A DNA stretch of 63,916 nucleotides, filler included, from Dicyema japonicum (lineage: Eukaryota > Animalia > Dicyemida): NCBI GenBank assembly GCA_011109175.1. It is 10 parts of 10 records of this genome, joined end to end, with 100 filler letters (N's around TTAATTAATTAA, not from the genome) between each part and the next. Parts side by side here need not be neighbours in the genome. Positions count along the whole stretch, not along the records: positions 47,635 to 57,929 come from RDEW01000064.1; positions 58,030 to 60,088 come from RDEW01000066.1; positions 60,189 to 63,916 come from RDEW01000074.1; 7 more parts are not named here. One strand, written 5' to 3'. The position numbers and the translations under genes are program-made. Below, in pieces: positions 49,940-62,994 of this stretch. The notes beneath the pieces were generated by a model. It was not told the origin of the DNA. It did no database searches and worked only from the letters and a program-made list of their open reading frames with translations. Numbering within the stretch: the first letter of the stretch is position 1; each line of letters begins with the position of its first letter.

Positions 49940-50727
49940 TAGTGCTGGTAGAAAAAACCGGTTTCGTAGTTACAAACTTTTTTGGCGTATAGATATTAAT
50001 TTTTAACTGAATTAAAGTGTTTGGAGTTGACTAGATGTATAATTTTTTTATTTAAAAAAATTTCATAATCGTCTAAAATTTTTAAAATTTCAATTTAGCG
50101 AGTGAATAAAAAACCGTTGTTTATTGTTTGATTTATTTCAGTTCTTGTTTTTTGTGTTTTTTTAGCAGATTTTAAATGCAATAATTAAAGGAAAGATCCC
50201 TCTCTTTTGGAGTTAAAATGGACGATAAAAGATATCGCAGAACATTTAAATATCCAAAATCGACAATCGGAGATTTTCAAAGAAAATTCAAAAAACATCA
50301 AACCACGAGGCTTTCTGGTTCCGGACGTCCTAAAAAGCTTCAAAAAACAGACATTGAAAATCTATTACATCTTATTGAATGCGATCCAAAAAATAAAACA
50401 TTTTACTGGTAGTGGTGTATGTAGAAAAACAATTGGGAATTATTTCTAATTTTCTAATTAGAGTGGAGGTGGTGCTAAGTTTGGTGGAGGTGGTGCTATG
50501 GTTTGGGACTGTATCTTCTATCAAGTAGTTGGCAAATTAGTTTTTGTCAGTGGGACATTGAATTCCGCTAAATATATAAATATTTCGATGATATTATAAA
50601 ATATTTTTTAATAAATAAAAAAATATACCAAAATAGAGATTAAGTTTATGATTTACGTTGAAAAATTAAAAGCTATAATCCAAAAAAGTTTATAACAGCA
50701 AAACCGGTTTTTTTTCTACCAGGACTG
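49940..50727 (+). mobile_element. Internally deleted Tc1 element with both TIRs
   Basis: Left AGTGCTGGTAGAAAAAACCGGTTT inverts right AAACCGGTTTTTTTTCTACCAGGACTG-TA; HTH with GSGRPKKL and KFGGGGAMVW motifs. Confidence 0.85.
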
Positions 50728-52259
50728 TATTTACGTTTCATTTACTGCTATGTCGCGTTCGATCAGGTAGGTCATTGAAAAGGTTAAGACTGATATTAGA
50801 AAATATCCTTGCGAATTTTTTATCAACTCACGAATTTTCTAGCAAAAGTTTTTTTTTTAATCTTTCGTCTAAGAAACATTTCAAACTTACAGGTATTTCA
50901 CGGGTGCCACTGTAAAAATATCTAATTTTCTCATTTCATCTACCGACTCTAGAATCAAAAAAGTCACTAATGCTCAGTCGAATATGGTTTTCCTTGCATA
51001 AGTATTAAAGTTGACAAAACTTGTTTAAGGGTATTGGAGATTATTTTACTTCTTCCTACAATTCACAAAAATGGAGAAATTTATGACAAGAAACTCAAAT
51101 CGACTCAATAATCCAAAGGGTCACCAAGGATCCACATGAGAAAGGATGGCTTCGAGAGCACAACAGAGGAAACAGCATGTCTATTCAAGCTCCCTAATTG
51201 TTTTTTAATAAAAAATTAATTAACAAAAAAAACTTGAAAGAAGCTATTTTTGAGTTTTTTATGCTTTTATTGTAGAGGTGTGTCTATTCGTAAAGTGCGG
51301 TGTTAACAGATTCAAAAATTGTATTTCAGTAAGGATTTATTAAAAATTAAAAAGTATCTGGAATCTAGATTAATTAGTATAAGCTATTTTTTCTGCTACA
51401 AAAAATGGAAAAATATCATACTTTTCCATGCATATACGAATATTTGAAAAAATTCCTTCCACTGAAAAATTATTCTCTAAAGACCGAGATTTTTAACCTG
51501 AAAACGTTTTTAATTGCATCATTCTATATTTTAATACAGTTTTTGATTAGTTTTTTTTTCATATTAAAAAAATTTTTTTGCAGATAAATTTGTCATAAAG
51601 TCAAAAAAAGGTCAACATTTTGAATTTATAAAGTAGAAATAAAAATCGCCCGAATAATAGTACCAGTGACCGCGGTTATACAAACTAACTAACCACGTGA
51701 TCCCAGCACACTCTAGCAGAGAACTAAACTTGGCCTGATGCTCCTCTTTCGACCTCACACAAGCACGCATCGGCCAAATGACTGCATCTTCACGACGGCA
51801 CGTTCCACGGTTCATGCGCATCGTGGATTCTAGAGGCATGGAGGCTGGAACTCTCCAGAAATTATTTTTTTTAATTTTGAATCTTTTAGTAAATTATTGT
51901 TTTTTCATGTTGAGCATCCTATAACGTAGAGCCTATAGAGCCTAAATATAGAATGTGCTAATTATTTATTAAAAAATTTATTAAAAATTGCATTTTTATT
52001 TAANGAAGACCTGATCTTTAATTTTGAGAATACGCGTATTCACAATTATACGGATATTAAAGAATTAGTAGAAACAGAAAACCTACGAGTTTTTTATGTA
52101 CCCACCACTTCTCAATTCCATTGAGAATGTATTCAACACATGGAAAAATTATGTTTCCAGAGGAGTGGCTGAAAATGAAAAAAATTATTGACTAATTAAA
52201 AAAGGATTCGAAAACTAAGCAATTTATTACGAAAACAAGACAATCAAAATAATCCAGTA

Positions 52260-52625
52260 AAATAATGGAATAGCTGTTCCCCTTATCATCTGCCAGAAAA
52301 ATCTTTTGGAACAAAGCTCAATGCTGACTTTAGAGATCATAGACCCAAGCGATCTAGAAAAGAGACCTTCTTGAGCACGAAGAATTCACTTGTCTCGACA
52401 ACAATGGGCTGAACATGGAAAGTATATTAAAAATGATTGTTCTGAATTTNAATCCAGTGAAATAATGGAATAGCTGCTCCCCCTATCTTCTGCAAGAGAA
52501 ATCTTTTGGAACAACGCTCATTGCTGATTTTAGAGATCATATACCCAAGCGATCTAGAAAAGAGACCGTCTTGAGCACGAAGAATTCACTTGTCTCAACA
52601 ACAATAGGCTGAACATGGAAGTATA
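52260..52625 (-). mobile_element. CRE-like REL 3' fragment, duplicated across n52450
   Basis: FHVQPIVVETSEFF...FLDRLG matches 28500-28781. Confidence 0.65.
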
Positions 52626-53489
52626 TTAAAAATGATTGTTCTTAATTTTTCGAAAAATGCTTCTGTATTTATTAAGATTTTTTAAAAATAAATTACCATG
52701 GAATAATTTTTTACTGTATTTGATATATAATTTTTTGTTCTTCACTCTTAAAAATTTAGTAACGCCGTTAATCAGGAAAGTGACGTTAATGACTGGAAAC
52801 CGCCGTAAAATAACAAATTTATATTAACCAGGAAAAATGAAAAAATTAGGATAGTCTTACCATGTAGTACTTAATCTTCCTTCAGATAGAGAAGCCGACT
52901 TATAAATGTCAAACACGAGTACATAGTCCCGATAAATTAAATTCCCATATTTTTGGATATTTGTTACGGCTTAACAACAAGAAATCTCTTAAAGGAATTC
53001 TTTATTATTTTATTATTTCCAGAGTCCTTCCAATGTCAAGTTCATCCAAAACCAGCAGAAAGGTAAAAGAAATCCATTTCTTGCAGTTGTGGGAACTCCA
53101 TCACTAGAGTGGGAGAGAGCAAATGATCTTTTTGCGTGCCAGCTGAGATAGGTGGATCACATGAGGCTGGTTATGTAGGAAGCACTCCCACTAAGTGATT
53201 TCAGCTNACGGCCCGTGTTTAACAACGAGAAATCTCTTAAAGGAAATATTTTTTATTTTATTATTTCCAAGGTCCTTCCAATGTCAAGTTCATCCAAAAC
53301 CAGCAGAAAGGTAAAAGAAATCCATTTCTTGCAGTTGTGGGAACTCCACCACTAGAATGGGAGAGAGCAAATGATCTTTTTGCGTGGCAGCTGAGATAGG
53401 TGGATCACATGAGGCTGGTTATGTAGGAAGCACTCCCACGAAGTGATTTCAGCTTCCCTTGGTAATTTATAAAAATCCGAAATCCCACT

Positions 53490-53900
53490 TTATTTAACAA
53501 ACAATAAAAAAGTTAATATATTTAATCAACAACCTTCCTCGCCTGCCTGTTCGCCAGCCTCCTCAGGCAGGTTCGATTCTGGTTGCTGAAACAACTCCGA
53601 GAGCGCCTTATCCAATTGAACCCTCTGCCCATATGGCATCTCAGGGCTCTGCCTCCTATACTCCAGTGTCAGTCTCTCTAGGGTCCGTTTTAACACAGTG
53701 GACNATAATCTGAGTTGATAAAAAATTAATTTTTAACAATCAAATTTCAAAAAATATTAATTCAACTTTATTTAAAAAATAAAAAAAGTTAATATTTGAT
53801 ATTCAACAGCCGAGCTCCTCGTCCAATTGAACCCTCTGCCATAGACACCTCTAGACTCTGCCTCCTATACTCCAGTGTCAGGCTCTCTAGGGTCCGCTTT
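53490..53900 (-). mobile_element. Two 5'-truncated 3' ends of a REL non-LTR family
   Basis: STVLKRTLERLTLEYRRQSPE resembles QTIVIKKTLESM of the 7.4-kb element; matches 13468-13640. Confidence 0.6.
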
Positions 53901-54339
53901 AATATAATGGATTGTAGATATGTCTGGAGCTTCCTAATTTCAAAAAGTATATTATAAAAATTTGGATTTGAAGTGGATACTGAAAAAAAACAATAAAGTC
54001 TTTAGTTGATGCTAGGATTGCGAAGGCGTTCTCTCTGAGGTTTCCATCGCAAAAGGGGTGAAATGGTAGATATGCTGTTTTCAAAAAGATAGAAGAATGC
54101 AGTGAAAAAAATTACGGATTATTTTACATAAATATTTTTTTTAATCAGTCGAGTGATTAAGAAGGTGGTTGGAGATTTTAGATTATTCTCAAAAAGTGAA
54201 ATTGTACGAACTTCAGATGGTTGATTCATGACGAAAAATCAATAATCCTTTCGAATCAACCATTTTTGAGCTTTACTGTGTCAATATTTATTTAATAACC
54301 CCGGATACATCGGAAAGATACTAAGAGTTATTTAACATC

Positions 54340-55250
54340 TATTTAAGGCACATCCAGTTACCTTGGTGGAGTAAACGTATTCTTTCCAGACCTCACGTCC
54401 TTAAATATTGCCATTATGGAAGCGCTCCCATCAGAGTAGTGAAAGATTAGATCCTTTTTGAAAGCCGCCTGATCATTGGCCGTCCCCTGAAACAGATTTT
54501 AACTGACGCTCCTCAAAAACTAAAGAAAGCCAAAAATAATCCTTCGACCGGGTAGGTGGCAATTTTGGTATCGAACCCCAGCTGAGCTTCCACCTTCTTA
54601 ATGCGCTCAAAAGACGACGAAACTCCTTTTTTTCGATATAAGGAGGTATCAATCACCTAATATCCTGGTACTAATCCCTTCTGCCAAAATTGGGGTAAAT
54701 GTGTTAAGTCTCCCGTGTAAAAAGACACGTGGATTACTAGTTATTTTCGAATGGTCCCTTAACTAGAATCCATGATCTCTTTCAGAGGCACTGTTTACTT
54801 TAATAGCAAAAAACACATTTAACGAGTGATTAATCTTAGTCGATAAAACTTCTAAGACAATCCAACATTAATAGCCGTCTCCATAGCAACAAATCGTTTA
54901 ATAAGGTACTCTAAACTGAATTCCTGGCTTACATGGCTGAGCATCAAGACATCTTAATAAGATCTTAGTCGATAAAACTTCTAAGACAATCCAACATTAA
55001 TAGCCGTCTCCATAGCAACAAATCGTTTAATAAGGTACTCTAAACTGAATTCCTGGCTTACATGGCTGAGCATCAAGACATCTTAATAAGCAAAATTTCC
55101 GCAAGAGACATTTAGAGGAGTTCTGACAACCACATAAAGTCCTTGAATTCTTAATAAACATAGCCACCGTTCTCAGGCGGTTGAAGATCTTAGAAACTCT
55201 AGGATCAGACCTTCAAATCAGTTTAGGAACTTCGGTCTCTACAGAATTTA
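54340..55250 (-). CDS. Unknown intron-containing host gene
   Basis: Open segments VLMLSHVSQEFSLEYLIKRFVAMETAIN, VIDTSLYRKKG...LGFDTKIATYPVEGLFLAF and GTANDQAAFKKDLIF separated by short GT-AG spacers; family not recognised. Confidence 0.4.
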
Positions 55251-56308
55251 GTTGATATGTTTTTTATTTGTCTTAATTTCCCACAAAGTCAATGATAAGA
55301 AAAACATTATTATCGCAATTAATCTTATCTAATTACTATTGACACATTAAAGTAATTAGATACAACAAGCCACTTGAGTAAATACCACATATTTTAAAAT
55401 ATTTATTAATTTTAAATTAAAAAACAATTTAAAAACATTAAAAAATTATATTTAAATTCCCATTAAGCTAGGAAAATCGAATAATTCATTATTTTGAAGT
55501 CTTCGTATCAATAATATTAATTGTGTACATAGCAATAAATAGAATAATTAAACTAACAAATTTTATTGTTGTAACGTTTACATTTCGTCCATTAGACGGT
55601 CTGTACTTTAATTTTGTTTACATAAAGGATTACTTTCACATAAATAATCAGTCTCGCCGATGCCGTTGACATTCATTTCCAAGGTATACTTCTTTCCCGT
55701 ACGAATTCCCTGTACCTCAAATGTGCCTATTACTCTGGATTCAGTGCCGTTAGGAAACTGTAGGGCTATTATTGCTGTAGTAGCGCATTGAGCTGAGTAT
55801 TGGTTGTTGTAGTAGCTTCATATTTTTAAGGGAGTTAGTGGGTGTGTGTTGGTTGAAGTCAGATCAGTAAATATATTTCCCTGTAACAAAAATGATCCGA
55901 TTTTACGGTTTTTAATGACATTAATGTACGTTGAACTACCTATGAGACTGCTAGGTGATGCTAGACTAAGGCTTCTCGGGTAACTTAGTGGGTAATGCGC
56001 GTAATTGCCTCGGGGGGCTTCTAAGGGTGTCTGTAGTCGATGCTGCCGAGCAATGCTGATGATATTTAAGGGTTCCTAAGAAACTGTGGACTTTGTGTGT
56101 ACAGCGAATATAAACCGTCTCGGTGCAATCAATTTTCCCACGATTCCTATAATCAATTCACTTATCAGTTCGGCACTGATTCACATGTCTAGCTTATTAA
56201 TGTCACCTATTCGCACTGATTTTAGTTTTGTAGTAATGTTGGTGATTCTCGTGGTCTTCCTCCATGCACGGTCTCTGAGTTTGCGATATTCCTTCGAGGA
56301 AGAGCTTA

Positions 56309-57929
56309 ATGTCACCTATTCGCACTGATTTTAGTTTTGTAGTAATGTTGGTGATTCTCGTGGTCTTCCTCCATGCACGGTCTCTGAGTTTGCGATATTC
56401 CTTCGAGGAAGAGCTCCAAATTAGAAGTCGAATTGGAAATGTGAAAGAAGACCTTAAAAAAGTGGAACCGAAAATATTCGAAACCTGGGATATCTCCTCC
56501 ATGTTTTTCGCGGAGACCAATCTTCTCACGGGATCCCTGGAATTCAGCTCAGACGGCGACATATTGGTTGATCGACATAAGCATTTTCAGATCAAAGACA
56601 GAGTGGACCGCGAAGCCATTTGTACGGATTTCTGCTCTTTCTATACCCACGTGCAGATGTACCGGTACATGAACTGGTCCGTGAAGTCCTTTTTCATAGA
56701 ATTTACTGTATTTTGTCTCCCTAAAGATAAGGTCCTCGACGTAAACGACAATCCCCCACAATTTCAAGCGACATCACTAAGAATTGACTTACCTCGGGTG
56801 GTAGAAACTGGATTTGAAATTCATCTCCCAAACGCCACAGATAGAGACACGTGGGAGAATTCCGTGACAAGATATTACATTTCTCAAAAAAATTCTGCAT
56901 TCTCGGTCGATTCTGAATCCCCCAAGTTGAAACTATTGATAAAACTCGTCGCTGGACAAATTTTCCGTTTTTCCGTGATTTCACGAGATCTAAAAATTCC
57001 GTTTTTTTACGACGAAATGTTGCTCGTTATCAGGGTAACTGAAGAAACCGAAGATCTTGGACGATCACTTCATGCCGTGATAATTAACGAGGAGACGGTC
57101 CCAGGAACAGTTTTGCTGTCCGCGGAAGACGTCGCCGATCAAACCGCCCATTTCTCGTTTCATGAAGCTGATAAGATGCTGAGGATCGATCCAAAAAACG
57201 GAAAAATTGAGCTTGCAGAAAAAATACGACTAATCCAGGACCAACCTATAAGACTTCTTGTCCACGTCAATAGAATAACCAAGAAATCTTTATCTCGCAG
57301 GACTTTGATGGTGGAGGTGCGGAAACAGTACAGGACGGGTCCCTCAATCGACCTGATGGGCTCAGCTGACGTCATAAATGTTCCCGAAAATCAAATCGAC
57401 GTGATAATAATGACGTTCCGCGTTTTTTACAAGCATTTCTAAAGAAAACACGTGGATTGATTCTCTCCGTCATCCCTGGTGGTAGTTCAGCGGGAACTTT
57501 CTAACATTTTTCGAGTGAAAACTACGACAAGCTTTGACCGTGAAAAAACGGAATTTGCCGAAGTTCAAATAATTTGCTTTGATGACGGATTTCCGTCACG
57601 GAAATTGTCGCGGAACTTGATGGTTACAGATTTTTTCTTAGTTTTTTAGATAATGATCGAGGATGTCAACGACAACCCCCCGTTTTTCTTGAATCCGGAG
57701 AAGAATCGACTCGAGATCTTTGAAAACCAAAAAATGGGGACCTTAGTTGGAAAGATTGAGGTCGAGGACGCGGATGTACGCAAGGAATGGATCTGCAAGG
57801 TCGAGGACACGTCTTTTCTGATCGACTCGAAAACTTGTGAGCTATACTCCAAAACGGTCTTCGATTATGAAGAGATTAAGCAAGTCATGGTCACGGTGGA
57901 ACTGTTGGATTCTTCAGTGCCCTCCCTTC
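56309..57929 (+). CDS. Protocadherin-like cadherin-repeat protein, 3'-partial
   Basis: Signal peptide; cadherin motifs VDRE, DVNDNPP, ATDRD, FDRE, FDYE; 27-nt intron at ~57622-57648; frame disruption near 57430. Confidence 0.88.
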
Positions 57930-58029
57930 NNNNNNNNNNNNNNNNNNNNNNNNNNNNNNNNNNNNNNNNNNNNTTAATTAATTAANNNNNNNNNNNNNNN
58001 NNNNNNNNNNNNNNNNNNNNNNNNNNNNN

Positions 58030-58190
58030 GATGTTATGTTATTATTATTATTTCTAGCAACTCCCGTAGAGACATAATAGTTTATATCCCCACACGTGCG
58101 GCACTTGAGACGATTTTCTTGACAATACTTTTCCATCCTCCCCTGTTGCATGCTAGACTCCTCATTGCATCCAGATCATCCCTACAGATG
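58030..58190 (-). mobile_element. RTE-like LINE 3' end with (AAT)n tail
   Basis: DLDAMRSLACNRGGWKSIV, followed by an AATAATAAT tail. Confidence 0.55.
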
Positions 58191-59419
58191 TTATGTATGA
58201 TGCAAATAAAACTGAATGGCTAACTAAAGAATTTTCACAAGGTATATGAAGAAATTTAATGACAGAATGATCCGCGAAAATAGGAGTATCTGTATCATCC
58301 CGGATAATTTTGTGGGGCATAAAGTTATGGATTTCTCGAATATCAGATTATATTTTTACTTTCCAATACCACGACTATCCTTCAGCCGCTTGATTTAGGA
58401 ATTATAAAATCATTTATAGCGCGTTATAATGTTTTTTAAATTCTTTCATTCCCTCTTCATTGATTGATGGTGAATGAATTACAGTTTATGTATGAAAATT
58501 AAATTTTTGCCACTTTGTTTCCGCAGATATAGTAATTAATTGTTGGACAAAATCTCGATTATTTAATCGAGACGAAGAGGCACATAATATCGAATGTATT
58601 CATAATTCCAGTGGGAGTGTTAATTGTGATGAAATTAATGAAGATGATGATGAAATTAATAAGAATTTGATAGAAGATGTATTTAATTTTAGCGATACAA
58701 AAAAATACCCCAACCTTAAACTATCAAAGTTCCCGAGTCTAATGCGAACATTCAGTAATCAAGTGAGAAAATTTTGTTCTAAAAAAATCTTGAAACAGTT
58801 TTAAGATCTTGAGGACATGATAATGAAGAGTGTTTTGGCACAACACAAAAATGTAACCTCAGGAACTTTTTATAAAAACTGATAAATAGTAAATTGATTT
58901 TTCTGATTTTTTTCCATTTTGCTCAATTAATTTTTAACTTAACCCTTAAAAATTATAGTCCCCCTTTGAGCGAAAGGCGTATAATAAATGACAAACCACT
59001 GTAATTCTCTGGGAACTTTAACGTATCTAATGACCTGGTCATCGTCGGTGAGCTTTATTAAAAGAATATCAGAAAAATGTTTGTTAGCGTTTTTTATTGC
59101 AGTCACGGTAGTTTTGACATTTTACTTTATTCCAGACACGTTGAGAATCGACTCAAAGCCTTTTCTTTTGGATTTATATATATATACTCGTGTTTTTCGA
59201 AAACTGACTTGATTTTAAACGCTATTTATATATTCCCATATACTTCTGACAACTTCGTTGTGTTTTCAGAGATAATCACTGTAAGATACATTATACTTAT
59301 AAATTTTTAAAACTAAATAGTCCTGTTCATCTTTATACTAACGAGATTGTATTTTATTAGATTTAATGTCACCGTCCAGATAAGCCAGATCGGTCAGGTT
59401 TATAATTTTTAATAAAAAG

Positions 59420-60088
59420 TAGAGGTGCACCGATTAATCGGCCGATAATCGGTAATCGGCATATCGGCCACTTTGCCGATTATCGGTAATGTAATTATTT
59501 TCCGAAATACAATTGTATACAACAAAACGTTAAAAAACAAAATTTTTTTAAAAGAATCAATAATTAAAGTCTAATGTTTTTAAATTATTTCTCCATTCTC
59601 TGGCAAAGTCTATTTCTTTTCGGTTGATATATATTTCCTCCAGTGCTGAAAACTCTTTCGCTTTCTACAGACGAAGCAGGAGCTGTTTAAATATTTCAAC
59701 GCCATTTTACTTAAGCGGGGAAATATATTCGTGAAGTTCTTCACCACGTAAATATAATTATCAGTTCGTGGTATTTAATTTATGAATTATTTTTTGATTT
59801 ATGATCGTTCAATATTCCACATATTTTCTTTTCTATAACTTGAGTAAGTGTTAACTGCTTCAATTTGGCAAAAGGTCGTTTTTCTGTAACACAATTTCTT
59901 CTTCAGCTAATTGTTCACTATGATAAACCCTAAGATGATTTATCATATTAGATGTTGTAAATGTCTTTCGCGTTCGTCCTCCTCTTGAATATTAAAATAT
60001 CGCATAATTTACATACGCAAAAAAACGAATTATCGTCTGAGACATCAAAAAATTTCCATACAACGCTCGACATGTTAACAAAATATTT
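59420..60088 (-). mobile_element. Internally deleted hAT element (BED finger plus hATC), with TIR and ATCGG subterminal repeats
   Basis: MSSVVWKFF...TTSNMINHL...H (BED); FPRLSKMA...PASSVESERVFS (hATC); TAGAGGTGCACCGATTAATCGGCC terminus. Confidence 0.85.
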
Positions 60089-60188
60089 NNNNNNNNNNNN
60101 NNNNNNNNNNNNNNNNNNNNNNNNNNNNNNNNTTAATTAATTAANNNNNNNNNNNNNNNNNNNNNNNNNNNNNNNNNNNNNNNNNNNN

Positions 60189-60812
60189 ATCATTCTACGT
60201 ATGGTTAACAAAAATCGTCGTCTTTAGTCAGATTCTTACCTAAAATTTGGATTCACTAAATTTATTGAATCAAACAATGAAATAAAGGAAAAATGCATGA
60301 TTTGCCGTATAATTTTAGGAAACAATTCACTGAAACCTTCTTAACTAAGGCGCCACAAACACTCTGTACACCCAGAAAATTGTTGCTCACATGAATATTT
60401 TAAAGTCAAAAGAACGAAATTTGATTCACAGCAAAAGCTTGAGTGGTTTAATAAATCCCAAGATAAACCGAGATTAGAAGAATCAGATGCTTTAATTTTA
60501 ATTTATATCTAAAGCAAATAGGTCTCAATGATTATCGCAATAAACAGCTTTGTCGAACATAGAGCCTGATATAAGTAAAATTATTCTGAGCAAACAAGAT
60601 CAGAAATCTCACTAAATTACTATTAAATTTTCTGTTATTTTCATAATGTTCATGTTATTTTTATAATAAATATTCGAACATGTCTAAACCTGGCCCTGAC
60701 GAGGCCAAAAATTGTGCGCTAATACCAAAAAATGTTTATTTTATTTAAGGTGGTCCCACAAAATTTTATAGTGGCAAAAGTGGTCCCCAGTCTAAAAAAG
60801 GTTGAACCGCTG
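60189..60812 (+). mobile_element. Internally deleted hAT Buster/Charlie copy with 3' TIR
   Basis: YLKFGFT..KCMIC..NSLKPS.L.RH N-terminus joined to IEPDISKIILSKQDQKSH; ends GGTGGTCCC...GGTTGAACCGCTG. Confidence 0.8.
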
Positions 60813-61299
60813 TTCTAGTCAATTAATAAGGAGAATAGGATTTTTTAAGAAACATTTTCACAACTTGGCCAATTTAAAAATGGCCAATTTGCGAGGGTCA
60901 AGTGTATATGCAATCAGTTTTGCCAAATTTCCGTAGGTCAAACATGTTTATAGAAAATACATCAAAGTAAACTGTTAGTTATTATTAACCAGGAGTATGA
61001 TTTAGCATACAAAAGCTTCTAGAAAACGAAAAGCTATTAGTGGTCGCTCCTGATGTCCGTCATGCCAATGGATGTTGATAGTGGTATGGTAGAGGACGTC
61101 ATGTTTGAGAAAATTCAATTAACTCCACTTTCTTTCCTACTCACCTATTAGTTTTAAATGGTCTTTGCGCCTGGGGAGTCTCACCAGATGTTCGAGTCTT
61201 AAACAATATTCAATTTTTTAATTTAAGAGGCACATGACCTCTGGCAGAAATATCTAGATGATAAGGCATCCGAAGTTGAAAATTGCCAGCATGGAAGAC

Positions 61300-62940
61300 G
61301 AATGTTGCTGCTGTCAAATTACTTACACGAGGTACGGCGAAAAAGCCACTTAAAATATGGGCCATTACTTGCAAAACCCAGAAGATAAAGCAAACTATAT
61401 TGCCAAACACTTCGAGACGCAGTTTAAATCAGCTGGGGTAAATTATATACCTAAATTTACTGGACATCCGAGACCCTTATAAACAAAATTACAACATGGG
61501 AAGTAACCAACGCATTCATGCACCTTAAAGGCAATCGGTCAGCGGGCTATGATGGTATACCGGCGAGCTACTGAAACACGCCCCGACTATTGTTGGAAAC
61601 ATAATCAGTAACATACTAAACGATTCAATGGAGCTTCACTGTTCCCTTCCATTGGGACATGGAGTCTTAATCCCAATACACAAATCTGGGAAAAAAAGGA
61701 TCACTGGACGGACTAAGGCCAATTATTCTGCTGTCAACCATCAGGAAAACCTTATCGATCATAGTGCTTAACCGTATACGAGAGCCAGTGGAAAAATACC
61801 TCTCACAAAGTCAAAGTGGGTTTAGAACTGGAAGATCTACCTCAGATATCGTGTGGGCCATAGATGGCTGACATCAATATGCCAAAAATACTCAAAAGTC
61901 ACATACATCCTAGGAATTGATCTCACAAAGGCCTTCGACAGCATTAACAGGAAAAAACTCATGAATGTTCTAAAAGAACTGCTTGACGAAGACTGCCTAA
62001 GGCTAATAAGTCTATTACTTTCTGAAACCGATCCTATCTGTGAAAATTGGAACTAAGCAGTCAGAGAGATTTAGCACTAATATGGGCACTCCACAAGGAG
62101 ACTCTCTATCTCCTATTCTATTCATCATATACCTCGAGGCAGCCCTTAAAGAGCTGAGAGACAACATGGGATCCAAATATGAAGACATTACCGAATTTCT
62201 ATATGCCGACGATGTAGACTTTGTCTCTACTGACCAGGAAACACTTGACCAAGTTTTACTCCAGGCCGAAAATATCTTGAATAAATGGAACTTGCGCATA
62301 AACATTACGAAGACTGACCGTACACGAATCGAACGAAGAAATTCAAGGAATGACGAGCACTGGAGGCATACAAAAAAACTTGGTTCACTACTTGGGGATG
62401 CCGAAGATATTTGCCGAAGGAAGATGCTTGCCACCATCTTCTTTAAAAAAATGCACAACATCTGGATCAGGAAAAAGCATGTTTCGCTGATGATACTTTC
62501 GTAGAGCCAATATTGCTCTATAATTCTGGAATATGGGGACCCTCAAAACACGACTTAGAGAAGCTAGATGCATTTCACAGGAACCAACTTTTTATATTGA
62601 CCGGAATCTTCTGGACAAGGAAAATCTCAAATGAAAAATATACAATCTATGAAAATCTAGACCAATCAACATGGACGTTATTTTATCGAAATGGCAACTA
62701 TTTGACATATCTTAGACTGGACCACTACCATGTAACAAATAATGATGAATACTCCACTCTGGAAGTCATGGGTATCGAGGGACCAAGAACACGCTTGCAC
62801 ATGCTTAAAAGAAGACTACGCAACAATCGGCGGTAAACTGGTGACGGCGGACGATCTGGACGATTTCGAATGAGGGCCAGAAACAAAAGAGCGTGGCAAA
62901 GATGGCGGGAAGGATGGCTCAATGGTCCCCAGGAATTTTG
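61300..62940 (+). mobile_element. Decayed RTE-clade LINE (RT to 3' end)
   Basis: AGYDGIP, RPIILL, QSGFRTGRST, DLTKAFD, GTPQGDSLSPILF, YADD, LYNSGIW, ARNKRAW. Confidence 0.88.
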
Positions 62941-62994
62941 AAAAAATAAAAATATGTTAATGTTAAAACAAATTGTGTAATTAAGCATAAACCA

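Noticed and set aside
60694-60730. CTGACGAGGCC hammerhead-like motif
   Set aside because: No complementary GGCC-GAAA arm; lies in a hAT subterminal region.
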